NCBI GenBank assembly: GCA_964596535.1
Contig: CAZQUR010000004.1
Location: 33 to 64,032, forward strand
Length of the DNA: 64,000 nt
Direction: 5' to 3'
Source: an uncultured Desulfobacteraceae bacterium
GTDB lineage: Bacteria; Desulfobacterota; Desulfobacteria; Desulfobacterales; UBA2156
Both the position numbers and the translations under genes were made by a program. Shown in pieces: positions 44,811 to 54,964 of the stretch (position 1 is its first letter; each line of letters starts with the position of its first letter). Below the pieces are notes generated by a model. The model was not told the origin of the DNA. It saw only the letters and a list, made by a program, of their open reading frames with translations, and did no database searches.

Positions 44811-45262
44811 AAACATCCCTACGCCTTCCCGTGTCCACAGAAATCCTGATTCCGCATGCACCCCCCATGCGCTGGGTGGAACATCTTTTGCGGTTCGACG
44901 GGGAAAAAGGAGAGGCGGCGTCCCACCGTCTTTCCGAAAACCCCCTTTTTTCCGATACCGCGGTCCTCCCCCTTTTTGTCATGGCCGAACTGATCGCCCA
45001 GGCCTACGCCGCCATGAAGGGATACCAGGATCTTTCGGCGGGACTCCCCGTCCGAAAAGGCTTCCTGGTGGGAATCCGCAGGATCCGGATATTCGAATTC
45101 GTTTACGGGACCCGGACCTTTCTGATTCGGGTCCGGCCCACCGGAGCCCTGGGGGGGTTTTATATGGCGGAAGGGGAGGTGACGCTGGATGGCAGGTGTG
45201 TGGCCGCGGGGAGCGTCAAGGTATGGATCCCCGGCGAAGCACAGGAAGCGCCGTTTCAATGA
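44807..45262 (+). CDS. hotdog-fold beta-hydroxyacyl-ACP dehydratase-like protein (DH 1)
   Basis: ATGA overlap. Motifs IPHAPPMRWVEHLL and FVMAELIAQAYAA are typical of the small dehydratases found in aryl-polyene-type clusters. Confidence 0.7.
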   Translation: MKTSLRLPVSTEILIPHAPPMRWVEHLLRFDGEKGEAASHRLSENPLFSDTAVLPLFVMAELIAQAYAAMKGYQDLSAGLPVRKGFLVGIRRIRIFEFVYGTRTFLIRVRPTGALGGFYMAEGEVTLDGRCVAAGSVKVWIPGEAQEAPFQ

Positions 45263-45891
45263 AACGCATTCCCGCCGTGTTTTTTATCCTTTGCTGCCTG
45301 TTTTCAACGGGAGTCGCAACCGTTTCGCCATCCGATGGGCCCGAAGAAGAAGCGCTGGAACAAATCCGGCAGTCCATGGAAGACATCCATTCCCTGGCCG
45401 GGGATTTCATCGAGGAAAAACGCTTGGTGATGCTCAAGGCCCCTGTCCTCCTTAAGGGGCGTTTTTACTACGTCAAGCCGGATCGGCTCCGATGGGAATA
45501 TTTTTCCCCGGAAGCCCAGGGGTTTGCCCTTTCCAAGGACCGGGGCATTCGATGGCAAAAGAATCCGAACCAAAGGATCCCCTTCGATCTGAATGCCGCA
45601 CCGGCCCTTCAAGGGTTTGTGGATCAGATCTTTTCCTGGATCCAGGGGGATGTGGAAAAAATTCAGAACCGCTATCGTGTTTCCGTATCCTCGGAAGATG
45701 CCGTATCCGTCCTGCTGACGCCGCGCATACCGGCGGAAAAAGCGGTCCTGGATCGGATCCTCATCCGGTTCTCCCAAGATTTACGGTATGTCCGGAGCGT
45801 CCATATCCATGAAAAAAACGGAGACACCTCCCGGATCCGTTTCACACAAGTCCGGATCAACCCCCCCGTGGATTCCAAACTTTTTCCATGA
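45259..45891 (+). CDS. LolA-like outer-membrane lipoprotein carrier family protein
   Basis: ATG 45259 (ATGA overlap). Signal peptide MKRIPAVFFILCCLFSTGVA. Motifs FxQ/EKRL...LKGRFYYVKPDRLRWEY typical of the LolA fold. Confidence 0.75.
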   Translation: MKRIPAVFFILCCLFSTGVATVSPSDGPEEEALEQIRQSMEDIHSLAGDFIEEKRLVMLKAPVLLKGRFYYVKPDRLRWEYFSPEAQGFALSKDRGIRWQKNPNQRIPFDLNAAPALQGFVDQIFSWIQGDVEKIQNRYRVSVSSEDAVSVLLTPRIPAEKAVLDRILIRFSQDLRYVRSVHIHEKNGDTSRIRFTQVRINPPVDSKLFP

Positions 45892-48287
45892 AACCTTTTT
45901 TTACCATTTTTTCAAGAAGTTATATTTTCTTTTCGCCGCGGCGAAAAATCCTTTACGCCGGGACGCTTTTTATCGTTTTCCTCTTTATCATGTTGTCCCA
46001 CAAGATCCAGGTGACCGAAAATATCGCTTCTTTGCTTCCGGATAACCGATCCGAAGCAACCCGGCTCCTTTCCCTTTTGGAGCACATGCCTTTTTCCCGA
46101 AAGATCGCCATCACCCTCAGCGCCGGTCCCGGGACGGAAACGGAACGTCTTTTGGATGCCGGCCGGGAATTGTCCCGGAGCCTGGGACCCCCCTATTTCA
46201 CCCGCGTGGTCTCGGGCCCCGGGGGCCTGGCGGACGGCGCTTTTTTCACCTGGGTCCTTGAATCGCTACCCAATCTTATCACGGAATCGGATCTCCAGCG
46301 GATCGATGCGGCCCTCACCCCGTCATCCATCCGTTTGCGCCTCGAAGCCCTTTTCCAAAGACTCCTCTTTCCCACGGGAATCGCGGAAAAGGCGCTTCTC
46401 AGAGAGGATCCCCTGAATCTGGCCGCTTTCGGGCTGGAAAAATTTCAATCCATGAATCCCTTTCCCGGCACCCGGATCGTCCGAAACCAATTCCTGAGTG
46501 CGGACGGGCAGAGCACCCTCATCCTGGCCGACACGCCTGTCGAGGCCACCGATTATCAAGAAGGAAAGCGTCTGTGCCAGACCCTGGAAGAACGAATCGC
46601 CCGGCATGTCCCCCCGGATATCCGGGCCCGTTATATCAGCGCACATCGGTATACCGTCGCCAACGCCGACGTCATCCAAAAGGACGTGTGGCGGGTCATC
46701 GGACTTTCCACGGTATGCCTCCTTGTCATTTTCCTCGTTTTTTTGCGCCATTGGCGGGCCGGATTCGTATTTCTGGTCCCGGTATCCTCCCTGGGAGCGG
46801 CGGCATGCGCCGTATACCTGGTTTTCCCGGAGGTCTCCGCCGTCACCCTCGGCTTCGGTGCCGTCCTCCTGGGAATCTCCGTGGATTTCGCGATCCATGT
46901 CTATTTCGCTTTGTCCTCGGAAAATCAGAGCCCCGGCGCCGTTCTCGACGAAATCGCCAGGCCCCTTCTTTTTTCCGCATTGACGACGCTTTCGGCCTTT
47001 GCGGTCCTGTGGTTTTCGATCCTCCCGGGGCAACGCCAGACGGCCGTCTTTTCCATGGCAGGTCTTGTCTGGGCCGTGGCCGTTTCCCTGTGGGTGCTCC
47101 CGCATCTCCTCCCGTCTTCCGGACAAAAATCAAAGGCCGGCCCGTGGTGGTACGCACCTCGCCGCGCCAAAGCTCGGTGGGGGGTTTTCCTTTGGGCCGC
47201 TGCCATGGTTTCGGGCGTTTTTGCAATCCGAGACCTTCAGTTTGACGGGGATCTGGGTGCGCTCAACCGCGTTCCGGATTCCGTTTTGACAGCCGAAGAA
47301 AAAACGCAAAGGACCTGGGGGGACTTTCGCCGCACGGCCATGATTCTTTGCCGGGCACCCACCCTGGAAACGGCGCTGGCGCAAAATCATCGCCTCTTTT
47401 CTTTGCTGGAAACGGAAACGGTGCCCCAACACCCGGTGAGCATCGCCCCCGTATTCCCTCCTGTGCAGCGGCAAGAGATGCATCGAAAAGCCTGGGAAGC
47501 CTACTGGCGCCATGGAAGGGGCGCCCGGCACCTGGCAACCTTGAACAGGGAGGCGGCCCGGATCGGGTTTTCGCCCGGGGCATTTCAACCCTTCTTGGAT
47601 CGGCTGCGCCGGAAAGCCCCCCCCATTACCCTGGAAAGCTTTTCGAAAAACGGGTTGGCGCCGATGCTGGAGCCCTTTTTAAGCCGGACCGAAACCGGCT
47701 TTTCCGTGGCCACCCTGGTCCCGGACACGCCGGCGGCCGCAACCGCCTTTAAGAACTTAAAAGACAAGTTGCCGGGAGTGCGCTTTGTCTCCCAGAGCCG
47801 GTTTCGAGAAACCGTCAGCGAGGCCGTAACATCCGATTTCATGAACTTTCTGATCCGGGCCGCCGGAGTGTGCCTCTTCCTGACGGCCCTGTTGTTCCGG
47901 CGGATCACCCTGTTGATCCCGGCCGTGATCCCTGCGGTCTCGGGGGTGGTGGTCATGTTGGGAGGCATGGCGGCGCTGGGCCTGCCGTTCAACCTTTCCA
48001 ACATTGCGGCATCCATCCTGGTCATCGGGCTGAGCATCGACTACGGGATTTTCATGGTCTGCCGGCTCGCCGGGGAATACCGGCACCAAACACAACGGGC
48101 GGTCTTTGTCTCCGGCCTGACCACCCTCTCCGGATTCGCCGCCCTGGCCGCGGCAGATCATCCGGCCCTGTCCTCCATCGGCATCACCGTGATTCTGGGC
48201 ATCGGGGCCGCCCTCCCCGCGGCGCTCTGGGTGGTTCCTTCCTTTTATCGAATGGGTATCGGGGGAACGGATCATGCATCCGCTTGA
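45888..48287 (+). CDS. MMPL/RND-superfamily exporter
   Basis: 799 aa. Two bundles of ~6 hydrophobic helices separated by large soluble loops. ATGA overlap with the LolA-like gene. Confidence 0.8.
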   Translation: MKPFFTIFSRSYIFFSPRRKILYAGTLFIVFLFIMLSHKIQVTENIASLLPDNRSEATRLLSLLEHMPFSRKIAITLSAGPGTETERLLDAGRELSRSLGPPYFTRVVSGPGGLADGAFFTWVLESLPNLITESDLQRIDAALTPSSIRLRLEALFQRLLFPTGIAEKALLREDPLNLAAFGLEKFQSMNPFPGTRIVRNQFLSADGQSTLILADTPVEATDYQEGKRLCQTLEERIARHVPPDIRARYISAHRYTVANADVIQKDVWRVIGLSTVCLLVIFLVFLRHWRAGFVFLVPVSSLGAAACAVYLVFPEVSAVTLGFGAVLLGISVDFAIHVYFALSSENQSPGAVLDEIARPLLFSALTTLSAFAVLWFSILPGQRQTAVFSMAGLVWAVAVSLWVLPHLLPSSGQKSKAGPWWYAPRRAKARWGVFLWAAAMVSGVFAIRDLQFDGDLGALNRVPDSVLTAEEKTQRTWGDFRRTAMILCRAPTLETALAQNHRLFSLLETETVPQHPVSIAPVFPPVQRQEMHRKAWEAYWRHGRGARHLATLNREAARIGFSPGAFQPFLDRLRRKAPPITLESFSKNGLAPMLEPFLSRTETGFSVATLVPDTPAAATAFKNLKDKLPGVRFVSQSRFRETVSEAVTSDFMNFLIRAAGVCLFLTALLFRRITLLIPAVIPAVSGVVVMLGGMAALGLPFNLSNIAASILVIGLSIDYGIFMVCRLAGEYRHQTQRAVFVSGLTTLSGFAALAAADHPALSSIGITVILGIGAALPAALWVVPSFYRMGIGGTDHASA

Positions 48288-48732
48288 AGAAGCCATCGCC
48301 GCCTGCCGGGAGATCCTTCGTGTGGAACCCGGCGTATTTGTATCGGCGCGGTTTTGTTTTGACAGCCGGTTCATCGGATTTTCCGGACATTTTCCGGGAT
48401 ACCCCCTCCTGCCGGCCTCTGTCCAAATCGCCGGTGCCGCCCGCCTCATCCGGGACACGATGGGCCTGGAAGGAATCGATGGGATTCTCGAAAAAGCGAA
48501 ATTTCTCATGGAAATCCATCCCGGCAAGACGATCCGCATGGACTGCACCCGGATTCCGGAAACCGGGGAGGAACGATGGAAGGTGGATATTCGCGTCCAG
48601 GAGGCGCCGGCGGCTGCGTTTCAATTGATTTTTCAGGCGCCCCCGGAGGACTTCCGGAAGAAAAAGGGTGCGGCAAATCCCGAACCCACGGAGAGCCAGG
48701 ATGAACAAACCCTATTTTCCGAAGGCGGATGA
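48274..48732 (+). CDS. hotdog-fold (FabA/FabZ-like) dehydratase (DH 2)
   Basis: Motif FIGFSGHFPGYPLLPASVQIA (His-Phe-Pro...Pro-Gly-type dehydratase motif). Confidence 0.7.
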   Translation: MHPLEEAIAACREILRVEPGVFVSARFCFDSRFIGFSGHFPGYPLLPASVQIAGAARLIRDTMGLEGIDGILEKAKFLMEIHPGKTIRMDCTRIPETGEERWKVDIRVQEAPAAAFQLIFQAPPEDFRKKKGAANPEPTESQDEQTLFSEGG

Positions 48733-49159
48733 AACCGTGGCGCCCTTGCGCCACTCGGTGCCCCGCCGGGTTCGGTTCGAGGAGGTGGATGCACTGGGCA
48801 TCGTGTGGCACGGCCGGTATGCCAGTTATTTCGAAGACGCCCGTGCCGCCCTGGGGAAAAAATTCGGCATCGGATACCTGGATTTTTATGCCCGTAAAAT
48901 CATGACCCCCATCAAGGTGTTCCACGTGGACTATCACTTTCCCTTGACCTTTGACGAACCCTTTACCATCGAGGCGGTGCTGCACTGGACCGAGGCCGCC
49001 CGCCTCAACTTCGAATACATGATCCGAAACCATGAAGAAAAGATCACCACGACGGGATACACGGTACAGTTGATGCTGGACCCCGACGCGGAAATTCTCA
49101 TGCTCCCGCCGTTGTTTTACAGGGAATTTTTGGATCGATGGAAACAGAGAAAAAAATAA
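48701..49159 (+). CDS. 4HBT/YbgC-type acyl-CoA/acyl-ACP thioesterase
   Basis: ATG 48701. Motif RVRFEEVDALGIVWHGRYASYFEDAR typical of hotdog thioesterases. Confidence 0.75.
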   Translation: MNKPYFPKADETVAPLRHSVPRRVRFEEVDALGIVWHGRYASYFEDARAALGKKFGIGYLDFYARKIMTPIKVFHVDYHFPLTFDEPFTIEAVLHWTEAARLNFEYMIRNHEEKITTTGYTVQLMLDPDAEILMLPPLFYREFLDRWKQRKK

Positions 49160-50292
49160 GCCCGGCCGTTTGGGTGACCCAGGTTTCGGCCGTGACCGCC
49201 CTGGGAAGCACCCTGGATGCCACCTGGCAGGGACTTATCAAAGGGGAGACCGCCATCCGGGAGGTGAAACGCTTCCCCACGACGCCGTATGCCTCCCGCA
49301 TTGCAGCCTGTATCGACGGGCTGAATCCCGGTGAATCCGGATCCCGGATAGAATCCCTCATCGACAATACCCTGGACGCACTCACCGGCATTCCAAAAGA
49401 CGCGTTGTTGATTCTCGCCACCACCAAAGGACCCCTTGACCTTCTGGAAGAAAAAGGCTTTCGATCCGCCACCGGAACCGAACCGTTTCTGATACCGGAT
49501 CTCGTGGAATCGGTTTCCCGCAAATTGGGGATTTCCACCCCGGGCGTCAACATCAGCGCCGCCTGCGCTTCATCCACCCTGGCGCTCATTCTCGGAGGGA
49601 TGCGGATCGCATCGGAAAAGGCGGATGCGGTCCTGGTGGTTTGTGCCGACCTGGTTACGGAATTCGTCTTTTCCGGATTTTCGGCCCTTCAGATCCTTTC
49701 CGCGCACCCGTGTGCCCCCTTTGACCGGAAACGAAAGGGCCTTTCCCTGGGAGAAGGGGCCGCCGCCGTGCTGCTGATGTCGCCCCGCCGGGCCCGATCC
49801 CAGGGAATTTCTCCCCTGGCCGTGCTCCGCGGCGGGGGCATCTCCGGAGATGCCGCACACATCGTCTCCCCGGACAGGAGCGGAAGCGGCCTTGCACGGG
49901 CCGTAAAGCAGGCCCTGTCCGCGGCAGGAATCGGCCCGGAGGGAATCGCCGCCATTAACGCCCACGGTACAGGAACCGTACAAAACGACCGGATGGAACT
50001 GGCCGCGTTTCATTCGGTTTTCAAAGACCGTCCGATTCTAATTCACTCTGTCAAGGGGGCCCTGGGACACACCCTGGGGGCAGCGGGGGGCATTGAGCTG
50101 GCCGTGTCCGTAAAGGCGTTTCAGGAACAAAAGATTCCCTCCACGGTGGGATGCACGGATCCCGAACCCTCGGGAAAAGGACGGATTTTTTCGATCCCGG
50201 CGCCGCTTCCCAAAGGATGCATTTTGTCCACCAATTCGGGCTTCGGAGGCGTCAACGCCGCCGTCATTATCGAAAGCGGAGAGACCCCATGA
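49138..50292 (+). CDS. beta-ketoacyl-ACP synthase (KS 3)
   Basis: Motifs NISAACASSTLALILG, NAHGTGTVQND, GALGHTLGAAG. Confidence 0.9.
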   Translation: METEKKISPAVWVTQVSAVTALGSTLDATWQGLIKGETAIREVKRFPTTPYASRIAACIDGLNPGESGSRIESLIDNTLDALTGIPKDALLILATTKGPLDLLEEKGFRSATGTEPFLIPDLVESVSRKLGISTPGVNISAACASSTLALILGGMRIASEKADAVLVVCADLVTEFVFSGFSALQILSAHPCAPFDRKRKGLSLGEGAAAVLLMSPRRARSQGISPLAVLRGGGISGDAAHIVSPDRSGSGLARAVKQALSAAGIGPEGIAAINAHGTGTVQNDRMELAAFHSVFKDRPILIHSVKGALGHTLGAAGGIELAVSVKAFQEQKIPSTVGCTDPEPSGKGRIFSIPAPLPKGCILSTNSGFGGVNAAVIIESGETP

Positions 50293-51053
50293 ACTTTGTT
50301 GTCACCGGCCTGGGGTGGATGACCGCCGTCGCCTGGGGGACGGGGAAAACCGCAGCGGCCTTTCAGCCCGTGTCCGGGTCTTTTTCGGATGCCTCGGCGC
50401 GGTTTCGCCCCGCCCCCCCTTATCCGCGGTTCAACCGCATGGACGCCGTCTCCAAGGCCGCCTTCACCACCGTTGTTCTGGCCGCAAAAGACGCCGGTAT
50501 GGACTCTTCCGAAAGGAAAAAATCCGTGGGGATCATCGCCGCCACCCGCTTCGGCTGTCTGGAAACGGACAGCGCCTACTTTCAGGGACTTTCGTCCCGG
50601 GAAGGCGCCGGCGCCCGTCCCCACCGGTTTGCCTATACGCTCCCCTCCGCATGCATCGGGGACGCCGCCATCCATCTCGGGTTCACGGGACCGGGGTTCG
50701 TGGTCCAGGAAAAAAACGCCCTTTCCCTCAACAGCCTGCGGTTTTCTTTGGATATCCTCCACCGGAAAGAAGCCGTATCCATGGTGGTGGGGGCCTACGA
50801 CACCGGAGTTTTGGCTCCCCCTGCATTCGAGGAAAAGACGCCGGCCTATGCGGTTTTTTGGGTGATTGAAAGCGCGGCTGTCCGGAAAAAAGGCTACGGA
50901 AAAATCGAGGTCCAGGAAAACGACCACGTCTATTTCCGGGAAAAACGCGTGTATGATCTGTCCGGGATTCTCGACCGGATCCGTGTGGCGCCAAAAGGGA
51001 GCGGCACCTCCCCGCTTCCGCCACTTTCCTTTACCCAGGAGCCGATGAAATGA
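50289..51053 (+). CDS. KS-related protein lacking the catalytic triad (chain-length-factor-like 1)
   Basis: ATG 50289 (ATGA overlap; ORF open from 50151). KS-N-like sequence of 254 aa without the AAC(S/A)S, HGTGT or GHxxGAAG motifs. Confidence 0.65.
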   Translation: MNFVVTGLGWMTAVAWGTGKTAAAFQPVSGSFSDASARFRPAPPYPRFNRMDAVSKAAFTTVVLAAKDAGMDSSERKKSVGIIAATRFGCLETDSAYFQGLSSREGAGARPHRFAYTLPSACIGDAAIHLGFTGPGFVVQEKNALSLNSLRFSLDILHRKEAVSMVVGAYDTGVLAPPAFEEKTPAYAVFWVIESAAVRKKGYGKIEVQENDHVYFREKRVYDLSGILDRIRVAPKGSGTSPLPPLSFTQEPMK

Positions 51054-52318
51054 AGATGCAACTGGTCTATCCCTACTGGCCCAAGCTCAACCGGCAGACC
51101 GAATTTCACCTGCCGCCCCATGGTCCCGTGGTCTTTGCCGCCCAGGTGCCGGAGTGGGTGACCCTCGAGTTTGTCGATGAAAACGTGGACCCCATGATCT
51201 TTGACGAAACGGTCGATCTGGCGGCCCTTTCCGTGATGCTCACATGTCAATTGCCCAGGGCCTTTGAAATCGCCGACCAATACCGGCGAATGCAGATCCC
51301 TGTCATTATGGGAGGCATCGCCGTGAGTTTGCACGCCGGTGAAGCCGCCGGCCATGCCGACGCTGTCTTTCTTGGAGAAGCGGAAGGCCGATTCGAAAAC
51401 GTTTTGGAGGATTTTCGAAACGGTCGGCTTAAAAGGCGTTACGATTATCTGCATGATCCCCCCGATATCCGCCGGGTAGGCCCCGCGCGACGGGAAATTT
51501 TGAACCGGGATCGTTATGTGTACCGGGGGGTGCGGATGCTGGACTTGGTGCACGCCTCCAGAGGATGCCGGTTCCACTGCTTTCCCTGCTGCGTGGGATT
51601 TTTGGGCGGCCGGAGGTTCCGTCCCCGGCCCATCGACACGGTCATCGCGGAAATGGCATCCATTCCCAACAACCGGCTGTTTCTCGTCGACAACTCCCTT
51701 GCCCAGGACCGGGAGTGGCTCATGGAACTTTTTTCGGCCATGGTGCCGTTGAAAAAAAAGTGGGTCTCCCACCCCATCCTGGACGACGATTCGGTCCTCG
51801 AGCTGGCCGCCCGGGCCGGCTGCTGGTATGTTTATCAGGCCGTCTTTGATACTTCCGAAGTGATCCGAAATCGGATCCAGCGCCTCAAAGACCACGGCAT
51901 CGGCGTGGAAGGGACTATCCTTTTGGGCACGGACGACCAGAACGAAGACGCCATTTACCGGCTCGTCGATTTTCTCTTGGAAATCGATCTCGACATGGCG
52001 GAATTCACGATCCTCACGCCCTTTCCGCATACGCCCATTCGGGCCAAGTTTCAAAAACAAGGACGGATTCTCAGCGACGACTGGATCGAATACACATGTG
52101 ACCGGGTGGTTTTTCAACCCAAAAACATGTCGGTGGAAACCCTTGAACGGATGTACCACTATGCCTGGGACACCTTTTATGAAAAGGCCCCTTGCCAGTG
52201 GAAGATGGGAGAACTCTTTCAAAAAGTCATCCGCAAAGAAATGGCCGACGGCACCTATCGCCGATTCGAGGAAAAGGTGCCCCGAACGCCCCGTTTTTTA
52301 AGAAATCAGGAATCGTAA
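51050..52318 (+). CDS. B12-binding-domain radical SAM enzyme 1
   Basis: ATGA overlap. N-terminal Rossmann-like B12-type domain, then CxxxCxxC in HASRGCRFHCFPCCVG. Confidence 0.85.
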   Translation: MKMQLVYPYWPKLNRQTEFHLPPHGPVVFAAQVPEWVTLEFVDENVDPMIFDETVDLAALSVMLTCQLPRAFEIADQYRRMQIPVIMGGIAVSLHAGEAAGHADAVFLGEAEGRFENVLEDFRNGRLKRRYDYLHDPPDIRRVGPARREILNRDRYVYRGVRMLDLVHASRGCRFHCFPCCVGFLGGRRFRPRPIDTVIAEMASIPNNRLFLVDNSLAQDREWLMELFSAMVPLKKKWVSHPILDDDSVLELAARAGCWYVYQAVFDTSEVIRNRIQRLKDHGIGVEGTILLGTDDQNEDAIYRLVDFLLEIDLDMAEFTILTPFPHTPIRAKFQKQGRILSDDWIEYTCDRVVFQPKNMSVETLERMYHYAWDTFYEKAPCQWKMGELFQKVIRKEMADGTYRRFEEKVPRTPRFLRNQES

Positions 52319-52347
52319 ATTCCCTTTTGTAACAGACGTGATCCTTC

Positions 52348-53796
52348 ATGGTGAAAGCAAACGCGAAGAAAATCCTGCTGGTGCATCCCTTGGGGTATGC
52401 CGCCCACTCGGCGGGAAAAGACATTTCCCGGATCGCCAACATCATGCCGCCCTTGGGACTGGCAAGCCTGGCAGCCTATTTGGCGCAAAAGGGGGTGCAA
52501 AGCCGCCTCGTCGACTGCTTTGCCCGACCCGGTGCCGGCCGACGGATCCGGGATTTTCTGATCAGCGAAAAACCGGCGGGGATCGGGATCTCCTGTACCA
52601 CGTCCGGGTTTCTGGACGGCATACGCATCGCCCGGATGGCCAAGGCGACCCTTCCCGGCATAAAAACCGTCTTCGGGGGCCCCCATGTCTCCGCCCTCAA
52701 AGAAAAAACCCTGGCGGAGTGTCCCGAGGTCGATTTCATCGTGACGGGGGAAGGGGAGGAGAGCCTTGCCGAGATCATCGAGAACGGATATGAAGGATCC
52801 CGGGAGATACGGGGGATCGCCTTTCGGGAAACCCCGGAAGCAATCCGGTGGACCGGCCCCCGGACCGGCCTGGACCTGGATACGCTCCCCTTTCCGGCCT
52901 ATGAAAAGCTCGACGGGTTTCCCGAGGGTTATCGACTTCCCATCTTCAATTATCCCCGATCCCCCCATACGAGCTGCATCTCCAGCCGGGGGTGTCCTTA
53001 CGGGTGCAGCTACTGCGACCGTTCCGTCTTCGGATCCGGTTTCCGGTTCAACAGCGCCGAATATCTTTATGCCCACTTGAGGTATCTGAAAGACCGGTTC
53101 GGCATCCGGCATGTGAATTTTTACGATGACCTGTTCACCTTCCACCGCCGGCGGGTGAAAAAATTCACCCGGATGATGATCGACCGCCCGTTGAACATGA
53201 CCTTCAACTGCGCCGTGCGCGCCGAACACATCGATTCCGATCTGTTGAGACAGATGCGGGCCGCAGGGTGCTGGATGATCAGCCTGGGAATTGAAACCGG
53301 GGATCCCGCCTTGTTATCCCGGCACCGCCGCCATGCGGACTCGGCGTGCATCGCCGAGGCCGTGCACCGGATCAAGGCCGCCGGCATCCGGGCCAAGGGG
53401 CTTCTGATGATGGGGCTTCCCGGGGAGACGGAAGAAAGCATCCAGATGAGCATGGATTTTGTCTTTTCGCTCCCCCTCGATGATTTCAACCTCACCAAGT
53501 TCACCCCCTTTCCCGGCGCTCCCTTGTATGACCGGATCCGCGAACAGGGACGTTTTGAAGAAGACTGGGAAAAGATGGATTGCATGCATTTTGTCTTCAT
53601 CCCCAAGGGAATGACCCGGGAGGTCCTGGAAAAACGATTTCAGACTTTTTATAAAAGACATTTCCTGCGCCCCCGCACCCTCACGGGATACGCGGGCATG
53701 CTGTGGCACTCTCCGGAAAGCTGGGCGCGCTTTATCCGGCACCTGCCCGATTTCATCCGGTTTGCAAAGACAAACGAACGCCTGGGAGGATCCTGA
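52348..53796 (+). CDS. B12-binding-domain radical SAM enzyme 2
   Basis: N-terminus KKILLVHPLG...PPLGLASLAAYLAQKG (B12-type domain). CxxxCxxC in SSRGCPYGCSYCD. Confidence 0.85.
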   Translation: MVKANAKKILLVHPLGYAAHSAGKDISRIANIMPPLGLASLAAYLAQKGVQSRLVDCFARPGAGRRIRDFLISEKPAGIGISCTTSGFLDGIRIARMAKATLPGIKTVFGGPHVSALKEKTLAECPEVDFIVTGEGEESLAEIIENGYEGSREIRGIAFRETPEAIRWTGPRTGLDLDTLPFPAYEKLDGFPEGYRLPIFNYPRSPHTSCISSRGCPYGCSYCDRSVFGSGFRFNSAEYLYAHLRYLKDRFGIRHVNFYDDLFTFHRRRVKKFTRMMIDRPLNMTFNCAVRAEHIDSDLLRQMRAAGCWMISLGIETGDPALLSRHRRHADSACIAEAVHRIKAAGIRAKGLLMMGLPGETEESIQMSMDFVFSLPLDDFNLTKFTPFPGAPLYDRIREQGRFEEDWEKMDCMHFVFIPKGMTREVLEKRFQTFYKRHFLRPRTLTGYAGMLWHSPESWARFIRHLPDFIRFAKTNERLGGS

Positions 53797-54964
53797 TATT
53801 TTTCCGGAAAAGACGAAAATCCTGGCCGTGATTCCGGTCTACAACCACGCCCGCACCGTAGCCGGTGTGGCCCGGAAAACACGCGCGGTCATCCCCCGGG
53901 TGCTGGTGGTGGACGACGGCAGCACCGACGCGGGGGCCGCGGTCCTTTCCGAGGTCGATGTCCCCGTCCTCCGACACCCCGAAAACCGCGGAAAGGGCGC
54001 CGCGATTTTGACGGCGGCACGCCGGGCACGGGACATGGGCATGACCCACATGATCACCCTGGACGCCGACGGACAGCACGATCCCGCCGATATCCCTGCC
54101 TTCCTTGACGCCATTCAAAAGGATCCCGAATCCATATTCGTGGGGAACCGGCGGATCTTCCCCGCCGGAACCCCTTTCTTGTCCCGGTTCGGAAAGCATT
54201 TCTCCAATTTCTGGTTCCGCGTGCAGACCGGCCGGAAGGTCAAAGATACCCAGTGCGGCTTCCGGGCATATCCGCTCTTTCTCTTCGAGGCGTTATCGCT
54301 CACCCAGAGCCGATACGCCTTCGAAGTGGAAATCCTTGTCAAGGCGGCTTGGGCGGGCATCCCCCTGAAGGATCTTGATATATCCGTGTTCTACCCGTCC
54401 AAAAGTCAGCGGGTCTCCCATTTCCGGCCCATCATGGACAATCTGCGCATCTCTATTTTGAACACCCGGTTGACTTTCCGCTCCTTTATACCGTGGCCCC
54501 ATCGACAAATCCTCAAGCCGGAAGACCCGCGGTTGCGAATCACCCCCCTGCACCCCATCCGGTCTTTAAGAATCCTTTTGAAACAGAATTTAACCCCTGG
54601 AAAAGCCGCCCTCTCCAGCGCCATGGGCGTCTTTTTGGGAACCCTTCCGGCCATCGGCTTTCATACCCTGTCGATCCTTGCCGCCTCCGGGTATTTCCGG
54701 TTGAACCGCCTGGCGGCCTTGGCCGCCGGCCAGCTTTGCATGCCCCCTTTTGTCCCGGCCCTTTGCATTGAAGCGGGGTATTACCTGCGCCACGGCCGGT
54801 TCCTAACCGAAATCTCCACGGAAACCCTGGGATACCAGGGATGGGAACGCCTCCTCGAATGGGGCATCGGATCCCTGGTGGTGGCGCCGATTTTATCCAC
54901 CGTCGTCGGCGGGGTGACGTATTTCGCCGCCCTGGGGATCACGGGCCGCTTTCATGAAAAATGA
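53762..54964 (+). CDS. family-2 glycosyltransferase with C-terminal multi-TM (DUF2062-like) domain
   Basis: Motifs LAVIPVYNHARTV, VVDDGSTDAG, TLDADGQHD. Hydrophobic C-terminal third. Start uncertain (TTG 53762 overlaps the upstream gene by 35 nt). Confidence 0.8.
   Translation: MQRQTNAWEDPDIFPEKTKILAVIPVYNHARTVAGVARKTRAVIPRVLVVDDGSTDAGAAVLSEVDVPVLRHPENRGKGAAILTAARRARDMGMTHMITLDADGQHDPADIPAFLDAIQKDPESIFVGNRRIFPAGTPFLSRFGKHFSNFWFRVQTGRKVKDTQCGFRAYPLFLFEALSLTQSRYAFEVEILVKAAWAGIPLKDLDISVFYPSKSQRVSHFRPIMDNLRISILNTRLTFRSFIPWPHRQILKPEDPRLRITPLHPIRSLRILLKQNLTPGKAALSSAMGVFLGTLPAIGFHTLSILAASGYFRLNRLAALAAGQLCMPPFVPALCIEAGYYLRHGRFLTEISTETLGYQGWERLLEWGIGSLVVAPILSTVVGGVTYFAALGITGRFHEK

Noticed and set aside
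44773-45258. Long N-terminal extensions of ORFs 44773-45891, 13872-15191, 35572-36687, 40821-42521 and 50151-51053.
   Set aside because: The extensions overlap upstream genes and lack family similarity. Internal ATGs with an RBS or 4-nt stop/start overlaps give proteins that begin at the conserved N-termini.
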